Source of the DNA: Ignavibacteriota bacterium
Lineage (GTDB): Bacteria > Bacteroidota > Ignavibacteria > UBA10030
DNA: 64,000 bases
NCBI GenBank assembly: GCA_963701295.1
Contig: OY969585.1
Location: 800,001-864,000, forward strand
Reading direction: 5' to 3'
Translations under genes and position numbers: made by a program
Shown here: piece by piece, positions 1 through 11,444 of the stretch
How positions within the stretch are numbered: position 1 is the stretch's first letter
Layout of the letters: the number at the start of each line of letters is the position of its first letter
The notes under the pieces: model-generated
The model's database searches: none
What the model was told of the DNA's origin: nothing
The model's input: the letters and a program-made list of their open reading frames with translations, nothing else

Positions 1-259
1 TGTGCACGCGTGCATTCCGTTCTTGGAGAATATTTTCGCCGATAATTCCAAGGTCTGCAACGCCATCCTGCACATATTCAGGAATATCATCATCCCTAAT
101 CGCCAGCACGTCCAGATCAAAGTTGCGACAGGGTGAATAGAGGCTTTGCTTTTGAAATTCGAAGCTCAATCCGCATGCGCGGAGCAGCGCTACCGAATCC
201 TCGGTGAGGCGTCCGTTACGTTGGATAGCTATTTTCATTCTTCCATTGGTTGCTAACAT
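1..259 (-). CDS. hisG: ATP phosphoribosyltransferase, N-terminal part (runs off window start)
   Basis: Manual translation from ATG at 259: MLATNGRMKIAIQRNGRLTEDS...IRDDDIPEYVQDGVADLGIIGEN, typical HisG motifs; not in the ORF track because it is truncated. Confidence 0.95.
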   Translation of the reverse strand, partial: MLATNGRMKIAIQRNGRLTEDSVALLRACGLSFEFQKQSLYSPCRNFDLDVLAIRDDDIPEYVQDGVADLGIIGENILQERNARVH

Positions 260-278
260 ACTTTATCCTAATAAAGTG
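259..278. promoter_or_regulatory. Palindromic operator overlapping the hisG start codon (putative HisR site)
   Basis: TACTTTA-TCCTAA-TAAAGTG inverted repeat; a similar site lies at 579-598. Confidence 0.75.
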
Positions 279-294
279 TAAGAGGCAAAAAAAA

Positions 295-579
295 TTATTT
301 GGCTGTTCGTTTCAACATCATCGTATATCCGCCTTTGCCCTTCTTGAGCCACCTGCCGACGCGGGCGATGGTACGCGTGCTGAGCCCTGTTTCCTTTTCG
401 ATCTGTGTGTAAGGGATGCTTTCTGCTAGCATGCGCGCAGCTTTCCATCGTTTTACAAATTCTTTGACTTCATATTCCGTCAAGAGGTCGCCGAAAAAAC
501 GGCGGCACTCATCCAGCGATTCCAACTGGAGGATGGCGGTATAGAGATCGTCAATTTCTTTAATGCTGGGTTTCTTCAT
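295..579 (-). CDS. TrpR-like YerC/YecD family repressor, probable histidine regulator (HisR)
   Basis: 94 aa; ECRRFFGDLLT.YE...RW..ARML...Y..IEKETGLSTRTIARV...L..G.GGY pattern; directly upstream of hisG. Confidence 0.9.
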   Translation of the reverse strand: MKKPSIKEIDDLYTAILQLESLDECRRFFGDLLTEYEVKEFVKRWKAARMLAESIPYTQIEKETGLSTRTIARVGRWLKKGKGGYTMMLKRTAK

Positions 580-598
580 ACTTTACTCTGATAAAGAT
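579..598. promoter_or_regulatory. Palindromic operator overlapping the regulator start codon and -10 box
   Basis: TACTTTA-CTCTGA-TAAAGAT. Confidence 0.7.
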
Positions 599-623
599 TA
601 CGAAAACTTTACCTTAGTGTCAA
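595..623 (-). promoter_or_regulatory. Sigma70-type promoter for regulator-hisG
   Basis: Minus strand TTGACA (623-618), 17-nt spacer, TAATCT (600-595), 15 nt before the ATG. Confidence 0.7.
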
Positions 624-995
624 GCCTTTTTTTCATAAGTTTATACATCATCCAAATGCTGTCAGGACTTTTTTTACCCGCCGATGTCTGGAGGGCGTCT
701 TGACAGTTAGAAAGCTGTCATTAAGTGCTGAATTTAATATCCCTTTAAAGTGCCAGAGGAAACTCCCAACATCATTTGGAACAATTTCTTCCCGTTATTC
801 TGCAGAATGGATAAATTCGATGACCGTTTAACATCGGATCTGTGGAACTAATGTTCTTCGCATAGCTGTTTAAGAACACAACGTGTTTTGCGAAGATGGA
901 CTTGTTCGTTTCTAAAAACTTTCATATTTTGAATAAGAAAAAGTATGCATATCACAAATTAACCAATCATCAGTTACTCATTACGAATTATAAAC

Positions 996-1742
996 ATGAA
1001 ACTTGCAGTTTGTATTAATCACGTACCCGACACCGCGGCAAAGATCAACATTGCTGCCGACGGGAAAAAAATCGACACAACGGGCATCACGTTCGTTCTC
1101 AATCCATACGATGAGATTGCGATTGAAGAATGTCTCCGTCTTAAAGAAAAAAGCGGCGGCGAAGTTATCGCTATCTCGCTCGGCGGGGATGCACATAAGG
1201 AAACGCTGCGCAAAGCGTTGGCAATGGGAGTCGATAAGGCTGTACTTTTAAAAGACGACTCTCCCCGCGACTCTTCCTCCGTTGCACGGGCTCTCGCCGA
1301 TTATTTGAAAGAAATTTCGCCTGATGCTATTTTCTTCGGCAAACAATCTGTCGATTCGGATAGCGCTGCAGTTGGCACAATGGTTGCCGAGATGCTGGGA
1401 TTACCCTCTGTCTCCGTTGCTGTCAAGTTGGAAATCACGAACGGCATTGCCATTGCCGAACGTGAGATCGAAGGCGGCAAAGAAAAAGTTCAGACTGCAC
1501 TTCCAGCGGTATTCACAGCACAAAAAGGATTGAACGAACCGCGCTATCCTTCACTCAAGGGAATCATGGCAGCCAAGAGCAAGCCAATAGAAGAGAAAGT
1601 ACCGACAGCCGCACTACCAAAGGTTGAGGTTGTTACATTGCGTAAACCTCCTTCAAAAAATTCCGGTAAGATTGTCGGAACTGATGCAAGCGCGGTACCA
1701 GAGTTGGTACGTTTGCTTCACGAAGAAGCGAAAGTGATTTAG
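996..1742 (+). CDS. etfB: Electron transfer flavoprotein beta subunit
   Basis: VCINHVPDT, NPYDEIAIEE, GKQSVDSD, NEPRYPSLKGIMAAK motifs. Confidence 0.95.
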   Translation: MKLAVCINHVPDTAAKINIAADGKKIDTTGITFVLNPYDEIAIEECLRLKEKSGGEVIAISLGGDAHKETLRKALAMGVDKAVLLKDDSPRDSSSVARALADYLKEISPDAIFFGKQSVDSDSAAVGTMVAEMLGLPSVSVAVKLEITNGIAIAEREIEGGKEKVQTALPAVFTAQKGLNEPRYPSLKGIMAAKSKPIEEKVPTAALPKVEVVTLRKPPSKNSGKIVGTDASAVPELVRLLHEEAKVI

Positions 1743-1836
1743 AAATTTCCAATTGAGTGGTTCGTAATTTGATGATTGGTAAAACTAAAACTTCTTAAGG
1801 CATTTTTTCTTTTCGCCTTTTAACTTTTTATTGAAT

Positions 1837-2811
1837 ATGAAAATACTGGCAGTTGCAGAACAACGAGATAATAAATTTAAAAAGTCCGCATTTGAAGTTG
1901 TACGTACTGCTCGGACAATTGCAGATCAGACGGGCGACGAGATCATTGTGCTTGTGATTGGCGGTCAGGTGCAGGCGGTTGCTGGTAAACTGGGCGGATA
2001 TGGAGCACAGAGAGTTCTTGCAGTCCAACAACCAAAACTGGAAAAATATTCCTCCACGGCGTATTCGAAAATCATTGCAGAAGTGGTAAAGAAGGAACAG
2101 GCATCAATAGTTCTCCTTCCCGCAACAGCGATGGGCAAAGATTGTGCACCGCGTGTTGCTGTAAAACTTGATGCCGGCATTGGGTCAGATTGCATCGCAC
2201 TGAAAGTCGAAGGCGAAAACATTATTGCAACGAGACCGGTCTATGGCGGCAAAGCATGGACGGACATTAAGATTAACTCTACTGTGAAAGTATTTACTCT
2301 TCGGCCGAATGTTTTTGCCACAGGAACAAGTAGTGGGATTGTAGCAAATGTTGAAGTTGTGGATATTCCTCTAACAGATTCTGATTTTGCATCACTCGCA
2401 ATCGAAACAGCACAGGCATCCGGTAAATTAGATGTTGCCGAAGCCGAAATCATTATCTCAGGCGGGCGCGGCTTGAAAGCTGCAGAGAATTTCAAAATGA
2501 TCGAAGATCTGGCAGGTGCTATCGGCGGAGCTGTCGGTGCTTCGCGCGCAGTGGTCGATGCCGGATGGCGTCCGCACAGTGAACAGGTCGGACAAACGGG
2601 AAAGACTGTTTCGCCGTCATTGTATGTTGCTGTTGCTATTTCGGGAGCAATTCAACATCTTGCAGGTATGTCCTCCTCGAAGTATATTGTTGCTATCAAC
2701 AAAGACAAGGACGCACCTATCTTCCAGATAGCTGATTATGGCATTGTCGCAGATGCATTTGAAATCGTTCCCGCACTTACGCAGGAAATAAAAAAACTTC
2801 TCGGAAAATAA
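1837..2811 (+). CDS. etfA: Electron transfer flavoprotein alpha subunit
   Basis: GGRGL, GASRAVVDAGW, QVGQTGKTV, ISGAIQHLAGM, AINKDKDAPIF; ATG at 1837 preferred over TTG at 1831. Confidence 0.95.
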   Translation: MKILAVAEQRDNKFKKSAFEVVRTARTIADQTGDEIIVLVIGGQVQAVAGKLGGYGAQRVLAVQQPKLEKYSSTAYSKIIAEVVKKEQASIVLLPATAMGKDCAPRVAVKLDAGIGSDCIALKVEGENIIATRPVYGGKAWTDIKINSTVKVFTLRPNVFATGTSSGIVANVEVVDIPLTDSDFASLAIETAQASGKLDVAEAEIIISGGRGLKAAENFKMIEDLAGAIGGAVGASRAVVDAGWRPHSEQVGQTGKTVSPSLYVAVAISGAIQHLAGMSSSKYIVAINKDKDAPIFQIADYGIVADAFEIVPALTQEIKKLLGK

Positions 2812-2812
2812 T

Positions 2813-3403
2813 ATGTCCGCTGAGGATAGAATTCAAGTAGATATATTGGGATTGTCCAGCAGTCAATCCAGCGGCGGTGCATACGCATTGATACTAAAAG
2901 AAGTCAACGGAGCGCGCCGTCTGCCGATCATCATTGGTGCATTCGAAGCACAATCCATTGCACTGGAGATGGAAGGCATCAAGCCTCCTCGTCCGCTGAC
3001 GCACGATTTGATGAAGAATCTCATCGATTTGCTGGGAGGTGAGTTGGTCGATGTCTATATTAGCGAGTTGCGTGAAGGCACATTCTTCGCCCGTCTTACC
3101 CTTGACACACAGGAAATCGATTCACGTCCGAGTGATGCAATTGCATTAGCTGTTCGTTACGGTGCGCCTATATTTGTCGCTGAGAAAGTGATGGCAGAAG
3201 CCTCCTTCCTTTCTGAAGGTGAAGAAGGAGAAAAAGGAATACCACCTACGGCGAAACCCGAACAATCGGAGACATCGAAGCCTTCGCTATCCAAGCTTGA
3301 ACAGTTAGAGCAACAACTTGTTGATGCCATTGCAAAAGAGAACTATGAAAAAGCTGCACAGATCCGCGATGAAATTAAGCAGTTGCAAGTGCGTAATTCG
3401 TAA
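2813..3403 (+). CDS. Bifunctional nuclease (DUF151) domain protein with C-terminal UVR domain
   Basis: LPIIIGAFEAQSIA, PRPLTHDL, IDSRPSDAIALA; C-terminal ENYEKAAQIRDEI. Confidence 0.9.
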   Translation: MSAEDRIQVDILGLSSSQSSGGAYALILKEVNGARRLPIIIGAFEAQSIALEMEGIKPPRPLTHDLMKNLIDLLGGELVDVYISELREGTFFARLTLDTQEIDSRPSDAIALAVRYGAPIFVAEKVMAEASFLSEGEEGEKGIPPTAKPEQSETSKPSLSKLEQLEQQLVDAIAKENYEKAAQIRDEIKQLQVRNS

Positions 3404-3460
3404 AAGCATTATATTCAATCTTACATATCTTCAAGAGCCGTTCATCTTTATTCACCCCCC

Positions 3461-4276
3461 ATGGAGGATATCGCTTTGAAACAAAAATCAACTTCTCTCC
3501 TATTGATTCTTTCATTTGGATTTCTTATTTCGGCAACAAATATAGCTAGAGCATTAACCGCAGACGATTCCACCCATGTCAGCCAACTTATCGCACAAGG
3601 AAATGAATTTTCAGAAAAAGTATTCGACAACCAAAAAGCTCTCGAGAAATACAGCGAGGCGCTTGCTCTTTCCCCCGACAATTATGAAATCCTCTGGCGA
3701 TTGAGTCGCACGTATGTCGATATAGGCGAACATCTTCCCAAGAATACTGATGCAGAGAAACAAAAACAATTGGAATGGTATGAAAAGTCGTTAGACTTCG
3801 CCAAGAAAGCTATCGCTGCCAATCCAAAAGGAGCGATGGGGTACACACGGAAAGCGATTGCGAATGGACGCATTGCCCTCTTCCGTGGCGTTTGGGAATC
3901 TCTTGACCTCGTAAAACAAACAAAAGCCGATTGTGAAAAAGCAATTGCATTAGATTCAATGGAAGCAACAGCATATTATGTGCTCGGAAGAGCGCATGCA
4001 AAAGTATGCGAAAAACCAAAATTCATCCGCTGGCCGCTCGGGCTTGGCTGGGCAAATATGGATGATGCAGTGAAGAATTATGAGAAAGCTATTGAACTTC
4101 GTCCAAGTTTTATTATGTACCGGCTTGATTGCGCTCGTGCTTATGTTGGGATGGATGAATATGGAAAAGCACGTGAACACTTGACGAAGATCGCTTCTTT
4201 ATCGAAAGAAGATGAAGATGATGACGTCTTTAGGAAAGAGGCAGCAGAATTGTTAGAAAGAATAAAGGATGAGTAG
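3461..4276 (+). CDS. Exported TPR-like protein (RMD1-like)
   Basis: N-terminal signal-like segment; helical repeats such as YSEALALSPDNYEILWRLSR and YEKAIELRP. Confidence 0.7.
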   Translation: MEDIALKQKSTSLLLILSFGFLISATNIARALTADDSTHVSQLIAQGNEFSEKVFDNQKALEKYSEALALSPDNYEILWRLSRTYVDIGEHLPKNTDAEKQKQLEWYEKSLDFAKKAIAANPKGAMGYTRKAIANGRIALFRGVWESLDLVKQTKADCEKAIALDSMEATAYYVLGRAHAKVCEKPKFIRWPLGLGWANMDDAVKNYEKAIELRPSFIMYRLDCARAYVGMDEYGKAREHLTKIASLSKEDEDDDVFRKEAAELLERIKDE

Positions 4277-4349
4277 TCGGCCATTGAAGAACCTGCATCA
4301 GAATTGATTCCGGTTCTTTTATATTCTTTTTGTTAGAAAAATATTATAC

Positions 4350-4907
4350 ATGCGCATCATTCGCCTCGTTCTATACTGCATTCTCATCGTATGCCTCTGT
4401 TCCTTTACCTATTCTCTCGCGACAAATTATCAAAAGAATGAAACGCGCAGCCGATCGTCTTTTGTTATTTGGGTTATTGATACGATCGACCTCTTCATCC
4501 ATGAAACAGGACATTCGATCTTTGGCATATTTGGACGATTTATTTACTTTCTCGGGGGTTCCTTATTTCAAATTATCATCCCCAGCGCAACTGTTCTTGT
4601 CTTCGCTCAATCATCCTTGAGATCAATTCCGTTTACTTTGTACTGGACTGGCCAAAGCATCGTGAATGTTTCTATCTATATCGGTGATGCACCCTATCAA
4701 CGATTGCATTTGATCTCCCATGCCGCGATCCATGATTGGCGATGGCTCTTGAGTTATACTGGAACAATGGAATATGCTGAAGACATCGCTATGATCGTCA
4801 ATATCGCCGGCCTTTTAACTTGCTGCATTGGAATTGGTATTGGTTTTTATTTCCTTACCCACGACTTTTTTCGCCTTCTCTCGCCAGAGAAATATCAGCA
4901 CACATAA
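4350..4907 (+). CDS. Membrane protein with HExxH motif (M50-peptidase-like)
   Basis: LFIHETGH, GGSLFQ, HDW motifs; several hydrophobic segments. Confidence 0.6.
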   Translation: MRIIRLVLYCILIVCLCSFTYSLATNYQKNETRSRSSFVIWVIDTIDLFIHETGHSIFGIFGRFIYFLGGSLFQIIIPSATVLVFAQSSLRSIPFTLYWTGQSIVNVSIYIGDAPYQRLHLISHAAIHDWRWLLSYTGTMEYAEDIAMIVNIAGLLTCCIGIGIGFYFLTHDFFRLLSPEKYQHT

Positions 4908-5160
4908 TAACTTTACACCCTTTCGGTAGTAGTATCCATATTCTGCTTTTTAAACCCTTTCTGTTCATCCGCGAATAAAACTCCTGGCCTGTTTATCATC
5001 TATTGGATATGTGCGTTATATTCACTTTAAAAATAAAGTGATCAACGGGTAGAATTACCTTGATTATTTAATAAATATCGTTATATTACTATATATAGTA
5101 AGGTACTTTAACTCCAAAACCTTACTACATTATTACTCATATACACAGTGAGAACATTTT

Positions 5161-5499
5161 ATGAAAAAAATTGAAGCAATAGTTCGTCCTCATGCCGTGG
5201 ATGACATTCGTGAGGCACTCCAAGAAGCCGGGTTTCGCGGAATGACAATGCAAGAAGTCAAAGGCTTTGGCAGGCAAAAAGGACATTCCGAAGTTTATCG
5301 CGGAGCCGAATATCATGTAGATTTTTTGCCGAAGATCAAATTAGAAATCGTTGTTCCAGATGGACGTGTAGAAGAAGCAGTCTCGATCATCATCCGCATC
5401 GCAAAAACGGGTAAGGTCGGCGACGGCAAAATCTTCATCTATCCAGCAAATGACGCAATCCGCGTCCGAACAGAAGAGACAGGAGAAGAGGCATTATGA
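5161..5499 (+). CDS. glnK: P-II nitrogen regulator (copy 1)
   Basis: [23 protein letters not shown]; overlaps amtB start (ATGA). Confidence 0.95.
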   Translation: MKKIEAIVRPHAVDDIREALQEAGFRGMTMQEVKGFGRQKGHSEVYRGAEYHVDFLPKIKLEIVVPDGRVEEAVSIIIRIAKTGKVGDGKIFIYPANDAIRVRTEETGEEAL

Positions 5500-6722
5500 G
5501 AATAGATACTGGTGATACGACATGGATGTTGGTGTCCACAGCGCTTGTTATGCTGATGACACCGGGATTAGCATTATTCTATGGCGGCATGGTGCGCCAA
5601 AAGAATGTGCTGGGTACTATTATGCAAAGCTTTGTGGCATTAGGGCTAGTAACGGTGCAATGGGTACTGATTGGCTATTCACTTTCATTCGGTCCAGATA
5701 TTAAAGGGATCATCGGCGGCTTACAGTGGGCTGGTTTACAGAGCGTGGGGCTCGAGCCCAATCCAGATTATGCTACAACAATACCCCATCAAGCATTCAT
5801 GATGTTTCAAATGATGTTTGCAATCATCACGCCCGCTTTGATCTCTGGTGCGTTTGCGGAACGCTTTAAATTTAGTACATATTTGGTTTTCGTTCTTCTC
5901 TGGTCAACTCTTGTGTATGCGCCGCTCGCGCACTGGGTGTGGGGTGTTGGTGGATGGCTTCGATCGCTGGGTGCATTGGATTTTGCAGGCGGACTCGTAG
6001 TACATATTAGTTCCGGCATGTCTGCTCTTGCAGCAGCAATTATCATAGGGAAACGGAAAGGACATGGGCACGAACATATGCCACCTCATAATTTAACCAT
6101 GACATTACTTGGTGCTACATTGTTATGGTTCGGTTGGTTTGGATTTAATGGAGGAAGTGCTCTTGCCTCTGGTGCGCTTGCAACGTCTGCATTCTTAACG
6201 ACTCATATTGCAGCTGCAACAGCGACACTTTCGTGGCTCATTGTTGAATGGAAGCACCGCGGCAAGCCAACGCTTCTTGGTGCAGCGTCGGGTGCGGTTG
6301 CCGGTCTCGTAGCTATTACGCCGGCATCCGGTTTTGTCGGTCCTCTTGCCGCGCTTGCAATCGGTTTTGGTGCAGGTGCGGTCTGCTATTTTGGTGTGAA
6401 CATCAAGAACTTCTTCGGTTATGATGATTCACTCGATGCGGTCGGAGTTCATGGCGTCGGCGGCACGTTTGGGGCACTTGCAACAGGCCTCTTTGCATCG
6501 AAGGCAATCAATGCCGCCGGAGCCAATGGAGCATTCTTCGGCAATCCGTCTCTCTTTCTTGTCCAACTCTTAAGCGTTGCAGTAGCAATTGTATATGCAT
6601 TCAGTGTTACATGGATCATTCTCAAAGTACTTGATCGGACCATGGGATTACGAGTTCAACAGGAGGAAGAAGTGCAAGGGCTGGATCTCAGCCAGCATGG
6701 TGAAAGCGGCTATATTTTCTAA
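5496..6722 (+). CDS. amtB: Ammonium transporter (copy 1)
   Basis: MTPGLALFYGG, DFAGGLVVH, WFGWFGFNGGS, DDSLDAVGVHG, GLDLSQHGE. Confidence 0.97.
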   Translation: MRIDTGDTTWMLVSTALVMLMTPGLALFYGGMVRQKNVLGTIMQSFVALGLVTVQWVLIGYSLSFGPDIKGIIGGLQWAGLQSVGLEPNPDYATTIPHQAFMMFQMMFAIITPALISGAFAERFKFSTYLVFVLLWSTLVYAPLAHWVWGVGGWLRSLGALDFAGGLVVHISSGMSALAAAIIIGKRKGHGHEHMPPHNLTMTLLGATLLWFGWFGFNGGSALASGALATSAFLTTHIAAATATLSWLIVEWKHRGKPTLLGAASGAVAGLVAITPASGFVGPLAALAIGFGAGAVCYFGVNIKNFFGYDDSLDAVGVHGVGGTFGALATGLFASKAINAAGANGAFFGNPSLFLVQLLSVAVAIVYAFSVTWIILKVLDRTMGLRVQQEEEVQGLDLSQHGESGYIF

Positions 6723-6734
6723 TTCGAACTGCAC

Positions 6735-6777
6735 AAGGGGGCGCTTAGAAGCTGTGAGTATGAAGCGCCCTTTTTTT
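6735..6777 (+). terminator. Intrinsic terminator after amtB copy 1
   Basis: GGGCGCTT...AAGCGCCC stem followed by T7. Confidence 0.8.
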
Positions 6778-6999
6778 ATCCAATTATTTTCCGCATAAGC
6801 GATAATCCTTTTCTCTCCTTCCATTTTTACATTTCTTTCATCTCCATCAACTTTTTTTACGAATACACATATTTATTCTAACGTCGAAAAAAAGGATACA
6901 ATTTGATAACAACCTTGATAAACTAGTAACAATTATTAAATTACTATAGTAAATAAGGCATTATAGCTCTAACACTCTATATTTTTTCTTTATTAATAA

Positions 7000-8579
<1,580 letters not shown>

Positions 8580-8614
8580 TCTCCAAGCATAATAGTAAGT
8601 ATGAATATATAATG

Positions 8615-8664
8615 AATCTGCCGTAGGAGAGGATATATTTGTTTCTTCCGGCAGATTTTATTTT
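8615..8664 (+). terminator. Probable terminator after amtB copy 2
   Basis: AATCTGCCG...CGGCAGATT stem followed by TTATTTT. Confidence 0.65.
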
Positions 8665-8925
8665 AAAGTGTTCGCTGTTTACCCTTCTTGCAGTAAGGGT
8701 TTCCAGACAAGATTTTACTTATCCCTTTCATTCTTATATTTTTCCTTGAATCAATCGGTTTGGCTCTCTCATAAACTTTTCTTATCTTATAGAAGAATGA
8801 TCATGCTTTCAAGCTGCATAAAACTTTCACCACCGTAGCTTTTCCTCTATTCTTTGAGGCATTATGCATGCCTCGCTTTTCTTGTACTCAAAAAGAATCA
8901 GACTTTCTAATCAGATTAATTATTA

Positions 8926-10551
8926 ATGAAACATAACGAACTTACAAGGCGCCGAACATTTGGCATTATCAGTCACCCTGATGCTGGAAAAACAACACTC
9001 ACTGAAAAACTGCTGCTCTTCGGCGGTGCAATTCATACGGCAGGCGCAGTGAAGAGCAACAAGATCACAAAAACCGCTACCTCTGATTTCATGGAAATTG
9101 AAAAGCAACGCGGCATCTCCGTTGCAACTTCTGTGATGGGCTTCGAGTACAAAGGATACAAGGTCAACATTTTGGACACACCGGGCCACAAGGATTTTGC
9201 CGAAGATACCTACAGAACTCTTACAGCTGTAGATAGTGTTATCCTTGTGATCGATTGTGTAAAGGGCGTAGAAGAACAAACACGAAAGCTCATGAGCGTC
9301 TGCCGCATGCGAAGCATACCGGTGATCGCGTTCATTAACAAACTGGACAGAGAAGGACGTGATCCATTTGCACTTTTAGACGAACTGGAACGTGAGCTCG
9401 GCATTCATACGCGTCCGCTCACGTGGCCCATAGGCATCGGTGTGCGATTTCAGGGTGTGTACAATTTATTTGAAAAACAATTAGAGCTCTTCTCCCCCAA
9501 TAAAACACATATCTCGGATGATATCGTTGCCATTGACGACATTGCAAGTCCGCTTCTTGATGAACATATCGGTACTGATTCCGCCGCTAAACTTCGTGAG
9601 GATATTGGAATCGTTGAAGGGGTGTATGAGCAGTTTGAGGAAGAACATTACCGTGATGCATATCTTGCTCCGGTTTTTTTCGGCAGCGCTATCAATAATT
9701 TCGGGGTAAAGGAACTTTTGGATACTTTTGTGAAGATTGCTCCTTCTCCACAACCAAGGGAAACAAGTATTAGAACGATCGATCCGGTAGAAAGTTCCTT
9801 CAGCGGGTTCATTTTTAAAATTCATGCGAACCTCGATCCTAACCATCGGGACCGTATTGCATTTTGCCGTGTGTGTTCCGGCAAGTTTGAGCGGAACAAA
9901 TATTATTATCATACGCGTTTAGAAAAAAAATTTCGCTTTGCCACTCCCACAAGCTTCATGGCAAATGAAAAAAGTATTATCGATGAAGCATGGCCTGGTG
10001 ATGTGATTGGACTGTATGACACAGGATACTTTAAGATCGGCGATACGCTTACAGAAGGTGAACATTTTGTTTTTAAAGGGATACCGAGATTTTCACCGGA
10101 AATCTTCCGACAGCTTATCAACAGAAATCCGTTCAAGGCCAAGCAATTAGATAAGGGGATTCGGCAACTTTCCGATGAAGGTGTCGCTCAACTCTTCCTT
10201 CGCCAGCAAGGCAATGTGAAGATCGTCGGTACTGTCGGTGAGATGCAATTTGAAGTTATTAAATTTAGATTGCTGCACGAATACGGTGCGGAGTGCGATT
10301 TACAGTCACTCAATATCTATAAAGCTTTTTGGTTCACGTCGATAAATAAAGAACAATTTGAACGCTTCCTCTCTTTTCAGAATCCCCATATTGCATATGA
10401 CAAAGATGACCATCCGGTCTTTCTTGCCGAAGGAACGTGGTCATTCCATACAGCACAGGAGATGTTTCCTGACATCGAATTCCATCTGACATCCGAGTTT
10501 AAGCACGATACAGATATTGTTCAAAGCATTGGACAATGGGGAACATCTTAA
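8926..10551 (+). CDS. prfC: Peptide chain release factor 3
   Basis: [56 protein letters not shown]. Confidence 0.97.
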   Translation: MKHNELTRRRTFGIISHPDAGKTTLTEKLLLFGGAIHTAGAVKSNKITKTATSDFMEIEKQRGISVATSVMGFEYKGYKVNILDTPGHKDFAEDTYRTLTAVDSVILVIDCVKGVEEQTRKLMSVCRMRSIPVIAFINKLDREGRDPFALLDELERELGIHTRPLTWPIGIGVRFQGVYNLFEKQLELFSPNKTHISDDIVAIDDIASPLLDEHIGTDSAAKLREDIGIVEGVYEQFEEEHYRDAYLAPVFFGSAINNFGVKELLDTFVKIAPSPQPRETSIRTIDPVESSFSGFIFKIHANLDPNHRDRIAFCRVCSGKFERNKYYYHTRLEKKFRFATPTSFMANEKSIIDEAWPGDVIGLYDTGYFKIGDTLTEGEHFVFKGIPRFSPEIFRQLINRNPFKAKQLDKGIRQLSDEGVAQLFLRQQGNVKIVGTVGEMQFEVIKFRLLHEYGAECDLQSLNIYKAFWFTSINKEQFERFLSFQNPHIAYDKDDHPVFLAEGTWSFHTAQEMFPDIEFHLTSEFKHDTDIVQSIGQWGTS

Positions 10552-10659
10552 ATCCCATCTCATGCGTACTCATCCTGACTGAGCGCATAATCAAAAATTA
10601 GTCTATAATTTATTCAAGTAGTTCCGAACGTAGTATGAACGCGAGTAATTCGCCTGCTT

Positions 10660-11421
10660 TTATTTTTCTAATTCGTATGATGTTGGCGTTTTTTTTTTCA
10701 GTATAGCACGTTCAATGATTGTGTGTACTCGCTGGACTTCCTTCAGTACGTCGTTGCCTTGCAATACCGGTCCATGGCCGCACACCAACACCTCTGCCTC
10801 AAGTGCTACAACACGATCCAATGTCGAAAGCCATTGCTGCCAATCCCTGACACTACCTCCCTCGAGATTCGGCAAATATCTACTGACTACACTATCACCA
10901 CAAAAGAGAACTCGTTCCGCAGGCACAAACACACAGAGATTCGTCGGAGTATGGCCTGGGGTAAGTAAAACTTCAGCGTTGAGATTTCCCAGATTGAACT
11001 TTATCTCTGATGTTATTTTATGAATCGGATTGACAATTCTGGTACCTGTATAACCAATTGCTGCTTCCTGTCGTGCCCGCCGGACATCATTTGGAGTACA
11101 TGCTATATACTCATCAATATCGTTTTTTAATTCAGAATCTTGTCGTTGAATGCCAACATGACCGTACACCTCAACACCATAATCTGCAAAATGACTATTG
11201 CCGCTTATATGATCAAGATGCCGTTCTGTATTGATCAAAAGCAACTGATTGGACGGCCGAACTGCTTGGGCATAGCCCCTGATCGTTGCCGCGGCAAGTG
11301 CGTTTGGACCGCTATCTACTATAAGCGTTTTTTTATCGCCAACAATGAATCCAGCATTAACACTCCACGGAGGAGTATATGCAAACCCCAATAAAGCAAA
11401 ACAATGTTGTGTTATTTGCAT
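10660..11421 (-). CDS. MBL-fold metallo-hydrolase
   Basis: NAGFIVG, LIVDSG, NTERHLDHISGN (ExHxDH variant), TPGHT, GDSV, GHGP. Confidence 0.85.
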   Translation of the reverse strand: MQITQHCFALLGFAYTPPWSVNAGFIVGDKKTLIVDSGPNALAAATIRGYAQAVRPSNQLLLINTERHLDHISGNSHFADYGVEVYGHVGIQRQDSELKNDIDEYIACTPNDVRRARQEAAIGYTGTRIVNPIHKITSEIKFNLGNLNAEVLLTPGHTPTNLCVFVPAERVLFCGDSVVSRYLPNLEGGSVRDWQQWLSTLDRVVALEAEVLVCGHGPVLQGNDVLKEVQRVHTIIERAILKKKTPTSYELEK

Positions 11422-11444
11422 TGATCATTTTGATTTTTTGTATG

